Shown piece by piece: positions 18,101 through 30,300 of a stretch of DNA of 64,000 nucleotides. Location: positions 10,850,001-10,914,000 of the forward strand of contig OZ176050.1 of NCBI GenBank assembly GCA_964247055.1, read 5' to 3'. A model generated the notes under the pieces. It did no database searches. It was given only the letters and a program-made list of their open reading frames with translations, and was not told where the DNA came from. The translations under genes and the position numbers were made by a program. The stretch's first letter is position 1, and every line of letters starts with the position of its first letter. The DNA comes from Paragordius varius. Lineage: Eukaryota; Animalia; Nematomorpha.

Positions 18101-18325
18101 TTGCAGTATTCTATCGTAGTAGGCTGATCATAGGTGGTGCTAATTATTTGTCCTTAAATTAAATCAGATTTACCATCTCGAGTAGCAATTATATGACCTC
18201 TTAACCGCTTAATAGAACGAAGTTTTTTTACATTTTCTTCAAAGCTTTCCATTGCCGCATTGGTATCAGTATCAGGTTATTTAGTGAAATTATAATTACA
18301 CAGGTGTACCTCGCAGAACAATGCA

Positions 18326-21175
18326 ATGAGATATTTTTTATTTCTTTTTATTTTAAGCTTGTTTGTAAAAGTACACGATTTTATTTCATGCAAGGACAAA
18401 GATAATCAAAATGTCGATTGGTTTATTTATATGGTAATCAATAGGTTTATTATATATAAAATTCCAAAACTCAAAGACCATAGCGAAGGTATTTTGAAAG
18501 ATGGCTACGCCTTTATGTACCAAGATGTAAACACGCCAAAATGGAAATATTTGGGAAAATCAATTGCTGATCACGATAATGCTCTTGCATTAACTATGCA
18601 CCAACTTTATCAAAATGGTTACTCAAAACAGTTTATGTTCCTTAGTTATAATGACAAAAGTCCAGCCGGAAAAGAACATTTTGATCGTGGTCACACTAAA
18701 GGTTAATCTTATATTATTTTTTACTCATTTTGCTTTATTAAATTTCTAATAATCTATTTTTTCAAATTTTTTAACTGATAATTTAAAATTAACCTATTTG
18801 TTAATTTAATAAAGTTGTTAATTTATTTTTCACAGGAATATATTTAATAAATAATAACTCTCTTGTAATATATATTTATATCTGTGATATACATTTGATT
18901 TCAGGGGTTGTTATGGCAAATAGGACGCAAGGTTTATGGTTAGTCCATAGTCTTCCAGAATTTCCTCATATCATTGGATCTGCTAGCGATTATGTTTATC
19001 CATCGAATGGGCCCTACAATGGACAAATATTTTTTTGCTTTAACTACGGATATGATCAACTGATAAATATTTGTAAGACATTCCCGAAATATATTTTTTT
19101 TTAATCACTATAATCGGTCATATTTTATAAAATATTTGTAGAGAACCAACATTATAATTAATGTTGTAATGAAGCTAATATTATGTTATGCATAAATTTA
19201 ATCATATATATCGGTGTCTCTTATACTTAATTATAATATTAAACTTAACCTGTTGTTTAAAATATTTTTTTCAGCGCAACTCATATACTATAATACGCCT
19301 TACTTTCACGATAAAAATGTCCCCGAAGATTTTAAAATTGGAAACGAATATCTTAGAATGCTTGACGAGAACCGCGATGATCACACAAATAAATCAGAAC
19401 CATGGATAATTGATCGACAAATTAGGACGCTGGGTGGTTTATCTCTTACTGGATTTGCCAAATACAAGAAATACGATGCTGGTACATATATTAACTTTTA
19501 TTTGAAATTTTATAAATGAAATTCTGCATGATATTTCGGATACATGGCGTATGAGTTAAGGCGATTTTTTACTTTCCATATGTCTTGTGATTAAACTCTT
19601 TGTTAATATGTTTTTGCAGAACACCTATAAACTGGTCTCTATCGTTATTTATACAATGGTTTTTTTGGCCTTTCCCATTAAAATAATTTAATATTCAATA
19701 AACAGATATTTATACCAAAAGACTTGCCCATTTCTATGAAACTAACTTGTTATCAGAAACATGGCAAACGGATCATAAACACATCCTGAATTCATCGTGT
19801 AAAGATATACCACATGTAGAAAATATTAAACATATCACATTCTCTCAACACAAAACTGGCTATGGTTTATATATGATAGGTAGGCTTTTTTAATTTTGGG
19901 AAAAATATTATGTACGTGCTCTAAATTTTTTAATTAATGCATTAAACAATTTTTGGTTGTTTAATAAAATTAAATGACATTCGTAATAAAATGTATTATA
20001 ATTTTGTTGTTGCCCTTTTTAATTTCAAGCATGATATTGATTGACTTTTTCACATTTCGCCACATGCTTTATTTGTAGTCCTTTGATTTAGTCAATATTA
20101 GTTCGCTTACTAATAATTAATTTAAGCACTAATATTTATACTGACTTTATTTTTTGTATCGCAAAACAATTATTTTGGCGAAAAAGGAATTTAAATTAGG
20201 GTAAAGCAGTGGTATATTCATTTACCAATGGTTTTTTTAACTCATTAAAAAGATTTAACCGAAGATTGACTCCATTATCGAAAAACATATAACATTTACA
20301 TCCAGTTTTTATAAATACACTATATTATTGATTAAACATTGTATTACCTATTTAGAAAAACTAATCGACAATCAAATAGAAACAAATGAACTATTATGGC
20401 TTACCCCTAACGTTAATGATGATATCAGCTTTTCAGAGCTCATTGATCATTCTAAATGGGCAATAACCAACCCAACACATTCCAATTACAATAAAGTATC
20501 GCATTTACTATCTAATGAAATTGTTACGAAATCTGTTCCTGAGTCTCCTTATGTTGTTTGCATTGGAGATTTAAACCGTGAGGTATATAAAAGTTTCTTA
20601 AAAAATAATTAACTTTTAATATTTGATACTGATAAAAATAGTTATAACTAGGATTTCATAGTCATATTTAATATAAAATCGATTAGACCCATGTTTTTCT
20701 TTTAATTACAATCAGTATTTGTTCACGTATTCAACATTTAATAAAATTAATCATTAGTTAGTTTTAATTATATTTGTAACAATGTTTGTTCTTAATTTTT
20801 GCTGTTAAAAAAGTCATGTTTTTTTAAGTTTAGAGGAAATGAATTCTGTTGACATTTATGGTATACAAATAAAGCCTCGGTATTGAATTTCAGCTGACTA
20901 TTGTATTTCATATTTGATAATATTTGGATAATTTTTTCAATTCAATTTATTGTAAATACGAAAAAATATTATTAAATTTCCTTAAAAAAATATATTATAT
21001 AAATAATTTATCTACCATTATTATAATTTAGGAAACACAAGCCAAACGTTCCGGAGGCATGGTATGTTTTGAACACAAAGACGTTTGGCAATCTTTTCGC
21101 TCGATCGTGGCTGAGATTGAATCGTGTCCTCTTAATTATAAACAGGGGGAGTCTTTCTATATGGCGCTAAATTAA
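18326..21175 (+). CDS. DNASE2: Deoxyribonuclease II (lysosomal acid DNase)
   Basis: Signal peptide, then SCKD...VDW/FIIYKIPK, YND, HTKG/VV, WLVHSLPEFP, YPSNGPYNGQIFFC, DHSKW, CIGDLNR and RSGGMVC. Both catalytic His motifs are present. About seven exons; stop at 21173-21175. Confidence 0.93.
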
Positions 21176-21579
21176 TTTTTATAAATATAATTTTTTATAT
21201 TTATTTATATCATACATTATTCCACAAAAAAATATATTATTTAAGCTCAGTTAGCTTTACAATATTGTGATCACAATGCAAATTTTTATTTTTATATCTG
21301 TGCTCGGATGATTTTTTTGCGAAATATTTATTTTAATTATTATTAATATTATTATTGGATAGAATAAATGTAGCTTTTATTTTTATATTTTATGGTAATT
21401 TTTTAACTATATATCTTTTGAATATGTCCAATACAAAAACAGGCAATTTAAAATTAAATAAAATACCATCCTAAGCCTGATTGTGATGTGATGCTTTAAG
21501 CTAAATATTTTGCACTGACCTAATTAATGTATTGAGCAATTAGCTTCATTTTTTTTCTTTTTTTAATAAATTTTTAAAA

Positions 21580-24268
21580 ATGAAGAGTTTTCACAAAATT
21601 TTCTTTTTTTGTTTAATTTTCATATTTGATTTGGGAATATTTAGCAATGTACATTTTTTGGAACCGAATATTAACCCAAATATAACTGCAGAAATTATAA
21701 AGAAATTAGATGAGATAGATGATAGTTGTTTTCCAAAACTTTACACTAAAGTTATGAAACTACAAATTAAAGGTAAATTATACAATTATAATGCATATAG
21801 AACAAAAATATCTGAAAATCTGTCTTAAATCAGACCCAAATCCATTTATTTCCCAGAATTTATCTGTATTCTTAGATCATTTTTTGTTGACATCTAATTC
21901 GAAAGGAAAAAAATCTAAACTACTAGCTTATGAAAACATCTATGAGGTCGGATATAGACATAAAAGCAAGATTGTCAATAATATTTCTCCTTATTATAAT
22001 AGCTCAAGCTTTTTTAAATTAGAAATTGTAAAATCAAAACAAAATGATTCTTTGCACATGGAATCCGATCAACTAAAATTTCATTTTTCTCCTGCAACGA
22101 TTAACCAAGAAAATTCGGACATTTGGAATATTGTTGATCAAATAACCTCCTGGCAAATATCCTACAAATTCTATGTTGAAACACCAAACAACAAAATGTT
22201 TTCTTTCACACGTAATTATTAATTTCCCAGATGATTTGCGCAAAAATATGTAAAAATTATACCGACCTATGTGAAGAAAATACTTATTAAACTTTAAATT
22301 ACTAAAGTTTTAAAATTGTGCTAATACTAATACTAGCTAGCTCTTTTAAACAGAGGAAATAGCTAATTAATGACTCTTTTTTATTTTTACCGACTCTAAA
22401 ATTATAAATACTCGATTATAATAAATAAATTTGCCAAAAAAGGTTTAATAATTTGAAGAAACACGATATTTCTTTGTTAGGTTATAGAAAGTATTAAATA
22501 AAAATCTAGGTTGGAGAAACATTTTATTAAAGTTTAACCTTAAGATATAAAATTGAAATCATTGGTTATTAAAACTCCAAACTTTCTAATTTTATAATTT
22601 TATATCTTAGGTGATAATAGTATGAATAAAATGCGCATCAATACTTATGGGTAAAAATCATTTTTATAAAACTTAGTTAGCTTAATAATTTCAAATTTTG
22701 CTATTATAAAGTTATATTGTCATCGTGGGTTCTATTTGAAGATTTTTCTATTAACACCAAATTATATATTTCAAAGAGATAGTATTATTGAAATAACTAA
22801 ATTATCTGATAATAAAAACTATCAAACAAATTATCTTTCTAACCCCAACAAAAAGCTTGGGTACTTATAACGCGGTCATGTTAATAATATATAGAGGTCA
22901 TAAATTTTTATTAATTATATGATATTGGCTAAAAGTGATATAGCATGATAAATGAAATTTTATAGGACAAACAAAATTTTGTTTTAGCGAATTAACCCCA
23001 AATAAGAGGGGAAAGCGGGAACCAACACAGACTTTTCCAACTTATAGTTCATTAACGGCGTCTTTTTACTCCTAATTTAAAATTTTGGTCATATTTTGAG
23101 AATTCGGCAAATGTATTATGTACTAATTTTATACAATTTCATAAAAGTATAATTTTTAAAAATAGCCATAATTTGGATTGATATATTGAAAGCAGCAACC
23201 AACAATGCTTATGTTATAGCACCTTTACCCAAAAATATTCAACTGATGGATACATACCCTAATAGGCAACAGCCACTACTATTTTTGAATGGATTTTATC
23301 GTTTCATAAATTTTAAAAGTTATCTGTTATCTCATCTTGCATGGTTTCTAGATGGAAAAATTGACATAACTCTTAACAATAATAGTACTTTAGACAATGT
23401 TACCACCTTGCCAAATACTTTATCACTCTATTTGCAGAGGCTTAATATGACTGGAATAGAATCAGAAATGTTTCAAAAGTCGCTTATAGAATTAATAAGA
23501 GTTCGAGATTCGCAAAAATCTCTTACCTTACAAACCCCTAGAAATGTTATGAACGATAATGAAATAAAATTTTTCACGGACGATTTTTCCAGCCTCCTAA
23601 GTTTGAGCTTGCCGACCCCTGTTAACATAATACATGAGGTTGAATATAACAAGGGCGCATTAGAATTGCGTGAGAAGGTTTATGATGGTAGATCTGCCCT
23701 TTACTTCACCGATGATTTACTCAGAACATTTAATCCTCAAAGCATAAAAACTGTGACTAAAATACCATACTTTACACCAAACAGACACTTAACCTATCCG
23801 GCCTTTAAACGACAATACTTTTGGAAACTGTCAATGAAAGAACAATCTATGGACCTTAAAAAGATATTAACTGTCAAACCTGAAGAAAATATAGCTCCCA
23901 TGACAACTAATTATTTAATGAATTCGGAATATTCCCAAATTTTTTTGCAACCATCCAAGGACAAATATTTAGCCTATCAGGAGGATAACAGTGTGTTAAC
24001 TCATGAATTAAATACTAACCAAACTTTTACATATGTGTTTCGGAGAAAGTGGTTAAAACACACATATCCGTATTCCAGAAATAGGGCTTTTATAGACCCA
24101 AATATCAATTCAACCGTTCTCCGAATCGGTAATTATCATATGCTCGATTATGAGTTACAACCAATTTACCTGTTTGATGATGTTCAAATTTGTGCTGAGA
24201 GAATGATGAAAGATACTCCACCGTTTTTGATAACGGCAGATGAATTGTGCCATGACTTTTTGGTATAA
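21580..24268 (+). CDS. Secreted or membrane protein of unknown family (multi-exon); possibly the N-terminal part of the downstream cadherin
   Basis: Signal-peptide-like start MKSFHKIFFFCLIFIFDLG. Open exons at ~21580-21770, ~21830-22210, ~22610-22860 and a 360-codon ORF at 23186-24268. No domain recognised. Confidence 0.6.
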
Positions 24269-25308
24269 ATTTTCCTATCAAATTTATGAATAATATATTT
24301 GTAATTTACTAAAAATAATTATATACTTATAATGTGACCAGATAGGCTGTTTTTAGCAGTACTGTACCGGATTTTCAGAAAAAAACTGCGACTGTACTGC
24401 GCCCACTTTTGTACTGATTTTTGAAATTAAGAAAAATTAATTTTATGAATATATATTAATTACCTTTTATTTATTCAAAAATTTTATCTGTAAAATAACC
24501 CCATAATTTGTAAAGAAATGGTTCATTTTGAGGTAAAAACTAAGATTGGCCTATTTTCCGCTGGTTAATGTTTTATTTTCTGCCCAAATTATACAAACTA
24601 GGATTCAGCCTTTCGCACATTGGCGAAACTATAAACTTCGGACTCCACCGTAAGATTCAGCTAATGGCTCTTTCACTCAGGGCTTCCGCAAAAAGAGGTG
24701 TTTCAAAATTTAAAATTAACAAAATTAATTCATGATATTTTAATAAATATTGATCAGATTAGAAAGTTTATTTTGTTATAGTTATCAAACGGACAATTTT
24801 ATAGAAAATTGTCATTCCCATAACATATAATATAAAATTTATTATATATGGCATAAGATTCGAAATAACCTTTTTTTCGTAAAAATTAGGAGTTTTTAGG
24901 TTTCTATCCTTATTAAGTGGGAGGTATGATATTAATTATTATATTTCCTAAACCTTAGTTTTTATTGGTTTTCTTATTTTTTTGCATAAACAAATTTGGG
25001 ATTTGTTGAAGCGTACTTCTAACTATTTTGAAAGATGATGGAAACGGTGTAACGCTTTTCGGAGCCTACATCTAAAAATTTAAAATTTTCAAAAATATTG
25101 TTTTGCTTTTATGTTATATTTTAGTGATAATTTTTTAAATAAAGCATTTAGCATTGTCCAAAAAATATATTTGCAAAAATTGCGCACCTTTTGCAATTTT
25201 TTACGGAACACTTACCACAAAAGTATAAATAACTTTCTTTAATAACAACCAAAAGCACCATGATAATCCTGATACTTTCCTATCAGATTATATATATATA
25301 TATATATA

Positions 25309-25901
25309 CCATTTGCACTTCAAGAGTGTCCTTAAACACTTCAAGTTGGTCCTTGAACAGTTCAAGTTGGTCCTTGAACAGTTCAAGTTGGTCCTTGAAC
25401 ATTTCAAGTTGGTCCTTGAACACTTCAAGTTGGTCCTTTGACTTTTTTGTTTTGTTTTTAACTTTTATCAATCAAATCGTAAATAATTCATCTATTTTAT
25501 TGTTTTTAACCTATTTTCTATTATTTAACATAAATTTTAAATCGATATCAACTTTTAATCTTTGAGAAACCGCATATCTTTTTTAATAATTTTGGATATT
25601 TATATGATTTTAACACGAAATGAAAAAATATATAAGTTTTCTGAGTTATTAATTAAAATTTTATTAATAACATTTAAAAGTCAATAATTTTGTTCAATTG
25701 AAAAAAAATAGTTTGAAACAAAAAAGTGGTTTTTCAATAAAAATTTTTATTTTTAAATGAATAAATATATAATAAATATAGAAAATTAGGTTAATAAACA
25801 ATAATATAAAAAAATAAATGCAAAAATTATGGTTAAATTAAAATTTATAAATTTTAAGGACCAACTTAAAGTGTTCAAGGACACTCTTGAATAGCAAATG
25901 G
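25309..25901. mobile_element. TIR element (family E) flanked by (TA)n on both sides
   Basis: Inverted ends CCATTTGCACTTCAAGAGTGTCCTTAAACACTTCAAGTTGGTCCTT / AAGGACCAACTTAAAGTGTTCAAGGACACTCTTGAATAGCAAATGG, with ~19-bp TA runs outside both ends. Confidence 0.8.
25316..25441 (+). repeat. Six tandem 21-bp units CA(C/G/T)TTCAAGTTGGTCCTTGAA
   Basis: Units start at 25316, 25337, 25358, 25379, 25400 and 25421 (the first unit is divergent). About two inverted units occur at 25857-25901. Confidence 0.92.
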
Positions 25902-25956
25902 TATATATATATATATATATTTCATGAGGATTTTTTATGAAATTGTGTAATATACC

Positions 25957-26653
25957 TAGGGTTGTGCTGATCAAGTCATGACCCGGTCATGACGACCAGG
26001 TCAGTGACTATTTATTTTTTGACCATGGTCATTTTAAAAAACAGCTGTTGTTTGAAAAATCGCTGGTAAATTTTTTCGGAAGAGGGATAGTAATATATTA
26101 TTGTTTTTTTATATATTTTTTAAAAAATATAAATTCAATATTTAAATATGCTTATTTAACAATAAAAAATTGTTAAACATGATCCTTATAACATTAGCAT
26201 TTAAACATATCCAGTTATTTCGAAAAACAATCAAGCACCTTAAAATATGCAATTATTCCATATATGTATACCAATAAAATGAAAAAACATTTTATTAGAT
26301 ATTTCTTTGATAAAAGAAAGTGTAAAACAAGCTAGGTAAAATTTTATTTGAAATTTCCTGTATTCAGAGCTATGTATCAGAAGGTTACAAACATGTGAGT
26401 TTATTTGAAAACAAAATTCTTGCATAAATTTGACTGAAAATATTTGTAAATAATAAATATAAAAAAATGTATAATACAAACTTTTAAAAAAACATGACAT
26501 TAGTGTAACGCAAGTGACGTTCGAACATTATTTCACAATCCAATATCGCATTATGTATACTTATGTAAAAAGTGGTCATGACCGTGGTCATGACCATGGT
26601 CTGACTGGGTCTGACCGGACTTTTTTGAAAAAGCAGTCAAATGCACAACCCTA
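25957..26653 (+). mobile_element. hAT-type MITE (family D), copy 2, uninterrupted
   Basis: Perfect TIR TAGGGTTGTGC / GCACAACCCTA and GTCATGACC subterminal motifs. Collinear with 1571-2824 once the piggyBac insert is removed. No clean 8-bp TSD; only TACC is shared by the flanks. Confidence 0.85.
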
Positions 26654-27332
26654 TACCACACCGATGGTGTAAAAACAGGCAAAGTATGTTTTATTTGTAC
26701 TTCGTTAAAGTTCCAAATATCTGGTCACATAATACTTATACAACAACTATTAAATTGCTACTCAATGACGACATTATGTCTTCATCCATATGTAATAAGT
26801 CGCTTTTTGTGCGAAATATGAGACTGCACAAAATAAGTCCAAGTTAAGTTATATTTGTAAAATGAGTTTCGACTGGTCAGCAAAAATGGAAATAAAAGCT
26901 TTTTAAATAGCACACAAAGAGTTTTGTTTATTATAATATAGAGAGTAAAAACAATCAACGAAAAGGGAAGTTTTGACGCTAAAAGACGTTTATCAAGGAA
27001 AAAATTTAATTTTTGACCAATGTATTTTGAGCAATTATATAATTTTATTAGAAATTTATAAATATATCTATTGATGTGGATGATTAAAACTATTATATCT
27101 TTTATATATCACAAACGACAACTTTTATTCTCTTATAAACCAACTTTTCCACTTATATTGTTTATACTTTGTTCATAAATTGTTTAAATAAAATAATTAT
27201 CCAGAATAAACATTAATAAAATATTGCGCAAATTGTATAATAAAAGGAGAGAATCAACTCAAAAGATCCATATAAAATAAAGGTTGTCCACTTTTGATAC
27301 TAAACATTTTATTTAATGATTATTAAGAAATA

Positions 27333-27371
<39 letters not shown>

Positions 27372-27399
27372 TCGTTAACAGATTAAAATCATAAATTAG

Positions 27400-30300
27400 A
27401 TACAAATAGAGTTAGAAAACATAAATGATAATTGGCCAAGTTTTACGACATCCTCATCAGGATTCTCAAATATCATTCAAGAAAACTCAGAGGCTGGCAC
27501 ATTTGTTTACAAAGTATCCGCATACGATCAGGACAAAGATGCTAATATAACTTATTTTATTCCTACGGATCAAGAATATTATGGTTTTATAGTTTGTCAT
27601 TAATATTGATAATATGGTTTGTTGTAAACAACGCAATCTATTAAATCATTGAAAAACTTTATTAATTCCATTATGATAAATTAATTAATTTAAAATATTT
27701 TTTCATTCCATTTAATTTTTGGATTTAAACCAGTGGTACTCACGTGTACCATAAAATACAGACAAATATTGTACAGCTCCCTGACACGTAGGCAGATTTT
27801 ACACTCTGAATAAGACATCAAAAATTTAATGAAGGCATGGCCACAAAAAGCATTTTTAGGTCCCCGGCTTGAGTAGCACTGATTTAGAATAAGCATTAAT
27901 TGATTTTGTTTTTCCAGTCTATACATACATTTTTTTCCTCTTCAGTGTTAAAAACAAAAAAATATTTAGCGATTTTATATCGAAAAGGTTTGTCCTTTAC
28001 TTCAAACATTATATTTAATATGTTTGTTGATAAATATGCATATATATATTTTGGTTTTTATCCAGATTACTTTACAATCAATAGCACAAACGGACAAATA
28101 CGTTTAGGTAAAACCCTAACCTCCAAAATAAAACCAGATTTAGTGTCATTAAGGGTCGGTGTGCATGATGGAAACCCTGACCATACAGTATTTACTCAAG
28201 TAGATGTGAAAATAGCTCGGTATCGAGATGAGCGAATTCGTTTGACAATCAATAAAACAGGTGGAAAAGATATTCAAATGGATGATAAGGGATTCTATCT
28301 TAAAATATCTGAGGTACGTTGATATATACATGCAAATTCAGATATTCTATTGAAATTACCGTATTCGTTACTTAAAGATATTCATGCGATTACTCTCGAA
28401 TTAAATTAAAAACGTATAACTTTACGCACAAATAATTTTTCTGGCTAAATGCGGAATTAGATGGTTATTTTATTTATGAAATTGGTTTTTTACAAAAATT
28501 GTTGGACAAGATTTGAACCGTTTTTACATGAAAAAAAGTGAGCGGTTAAAATTATTATCTGGTTATATTTTTTGTCACAAAAGTGTTTGATAAAAGTTTT
28601 TAGACAATAAAACATTTGAAAAGTGTTATTTAAAATTAATCTGATTATTATAGTATAGTTTTTTAAGTTACATATATATTTATCAGAACTCTCCTTCTAC
28701 CACCATCCTTACCCAATTTATGGTAAAGCCATTGTTTGAAAGCGTAACCTCACAATTAGATATGCATGATAATAAAAATAAAACAACAAATACGTATAAT
28801 CAACTAGAACGCGTCAAAGAATATCGGTATTATACATATGAAATGTATATATCCGAACAGGCAAAACCACAAACCAACGAGCTAATAAAAACACAATATG
28901 AAAAGCATATTACTATGCTTGAAAACCAAATTGAATCTCCAAATGATAATATATCTCAGTTTCATGAAAGCATGGAATATGTACAAAAATCGAGGGACAA
29001 TATATTTTGTTTACATACATTTACTGGTCTTTTTTATTTGTGTCCTATTTTAGCAGAAGAGTCAATAACTAATAATAGTGCTCTGTTCAATAATTATACC
29101 CTAGATAGAGAAAAACAAGACAAATATGAATTTGTCATAATTGCAAGATCTATTTCAATCATTAAATACAATTTGCCTCCAACGGCTAGTAATGGGAAGA
29201 CGATCTTTAGTTATGATGTTAGAAACAGTGATAACACAATAAAAACATCAATGAATGATTTAAAAATAAATACGCTTTCTTTCGCCATGGAATCTATTCG
29301 AATACAGGTTTAAAGTCCCAATTCATTGGTTGATTTTTTTTCTCAAGTTGAATTTTAAATATAGAGTGAAGCGTTGACTTTTATTTTTTCATTTTACCGC
29401 TATTTAAATCTATCAATGTCATTATGGTTTTTTTGGTATTAGCTAGTATAATATTAAATTTTTATCCATTGAAGAAAATCTTTAATTAAATCAAATCGAC
29501 CATTGAATATTGGTAAAAGTTAAACATTTACTCATAAAATAAAATTGTTTTCCATATTGTCTTGTGTTTATAGATAGAAGATAAAAACGATAATTATCCC
29601 AAATTTTTGAATGACACAAATAGGGATATTGAGAACAACTTTGCAAATAAAAATTTTATACCATCACAAAACATACAAAATTATAACATGCCTACGAAAT
29701 CGGACTCAAATCAACCCTCTATTTCCATCGATACAATTTTTTTATCGAATAATAATAATGTTACTCATTTACTTGAACAACATATACCTACTTTAAAACT
29801 TGATGTTACCGAAGATAATGAATATACTATTCGACTGGATCACATAGAATACGAGGAGCGCAAATTAGCATTAACCAAAATAAATGATCCTTTCACCTAT
29901 TGGAATATGTTGAGGAGTAAGATGGGAAATAATCAACATAAAAGGTATGGGCAAGGTGATAGAATTAGGCCAGACGATAGCAGATTCATGAGGGAACTGT
30001 ATACCCTATCCCCATATGATCCAGATATGGGTACCAATGCTTCGCATTTCTTTTGCCTATTGTGTGCCGATTTCCCTGAAAATTTTATCTCTATCGAATA
30101 CTATTCAGGTATTTACGTCCAAATTGATACTTTTTTTCTTTGTAATCCTTCATTAAAATACCCAATATTTTGATGTAATAAATTGGTTGAAAAACCCATT
30201 CCAAATGTTTTCAATTTATGTAAATATTATTTGGAAATTAAGATAAATTATGAGTATTTGGAGAATTTACCCCTTCATCGATGGCTATTTTAATCTATCC

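Larger units (their letters stand above)
24332..26730 (-). mobile_element. Family C element, copy 2 (reverse orientation), hosting two nested MITEs
   Basis: 24332-~25050 is the reverse complement of ~3000-3675. ~25060-25288 and 26654-26730 match ~1009-1340. Flanks TATACTTATA / AATACTTATA (9/10) suggest a 10-bp TSD. Confidence 0.78.
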
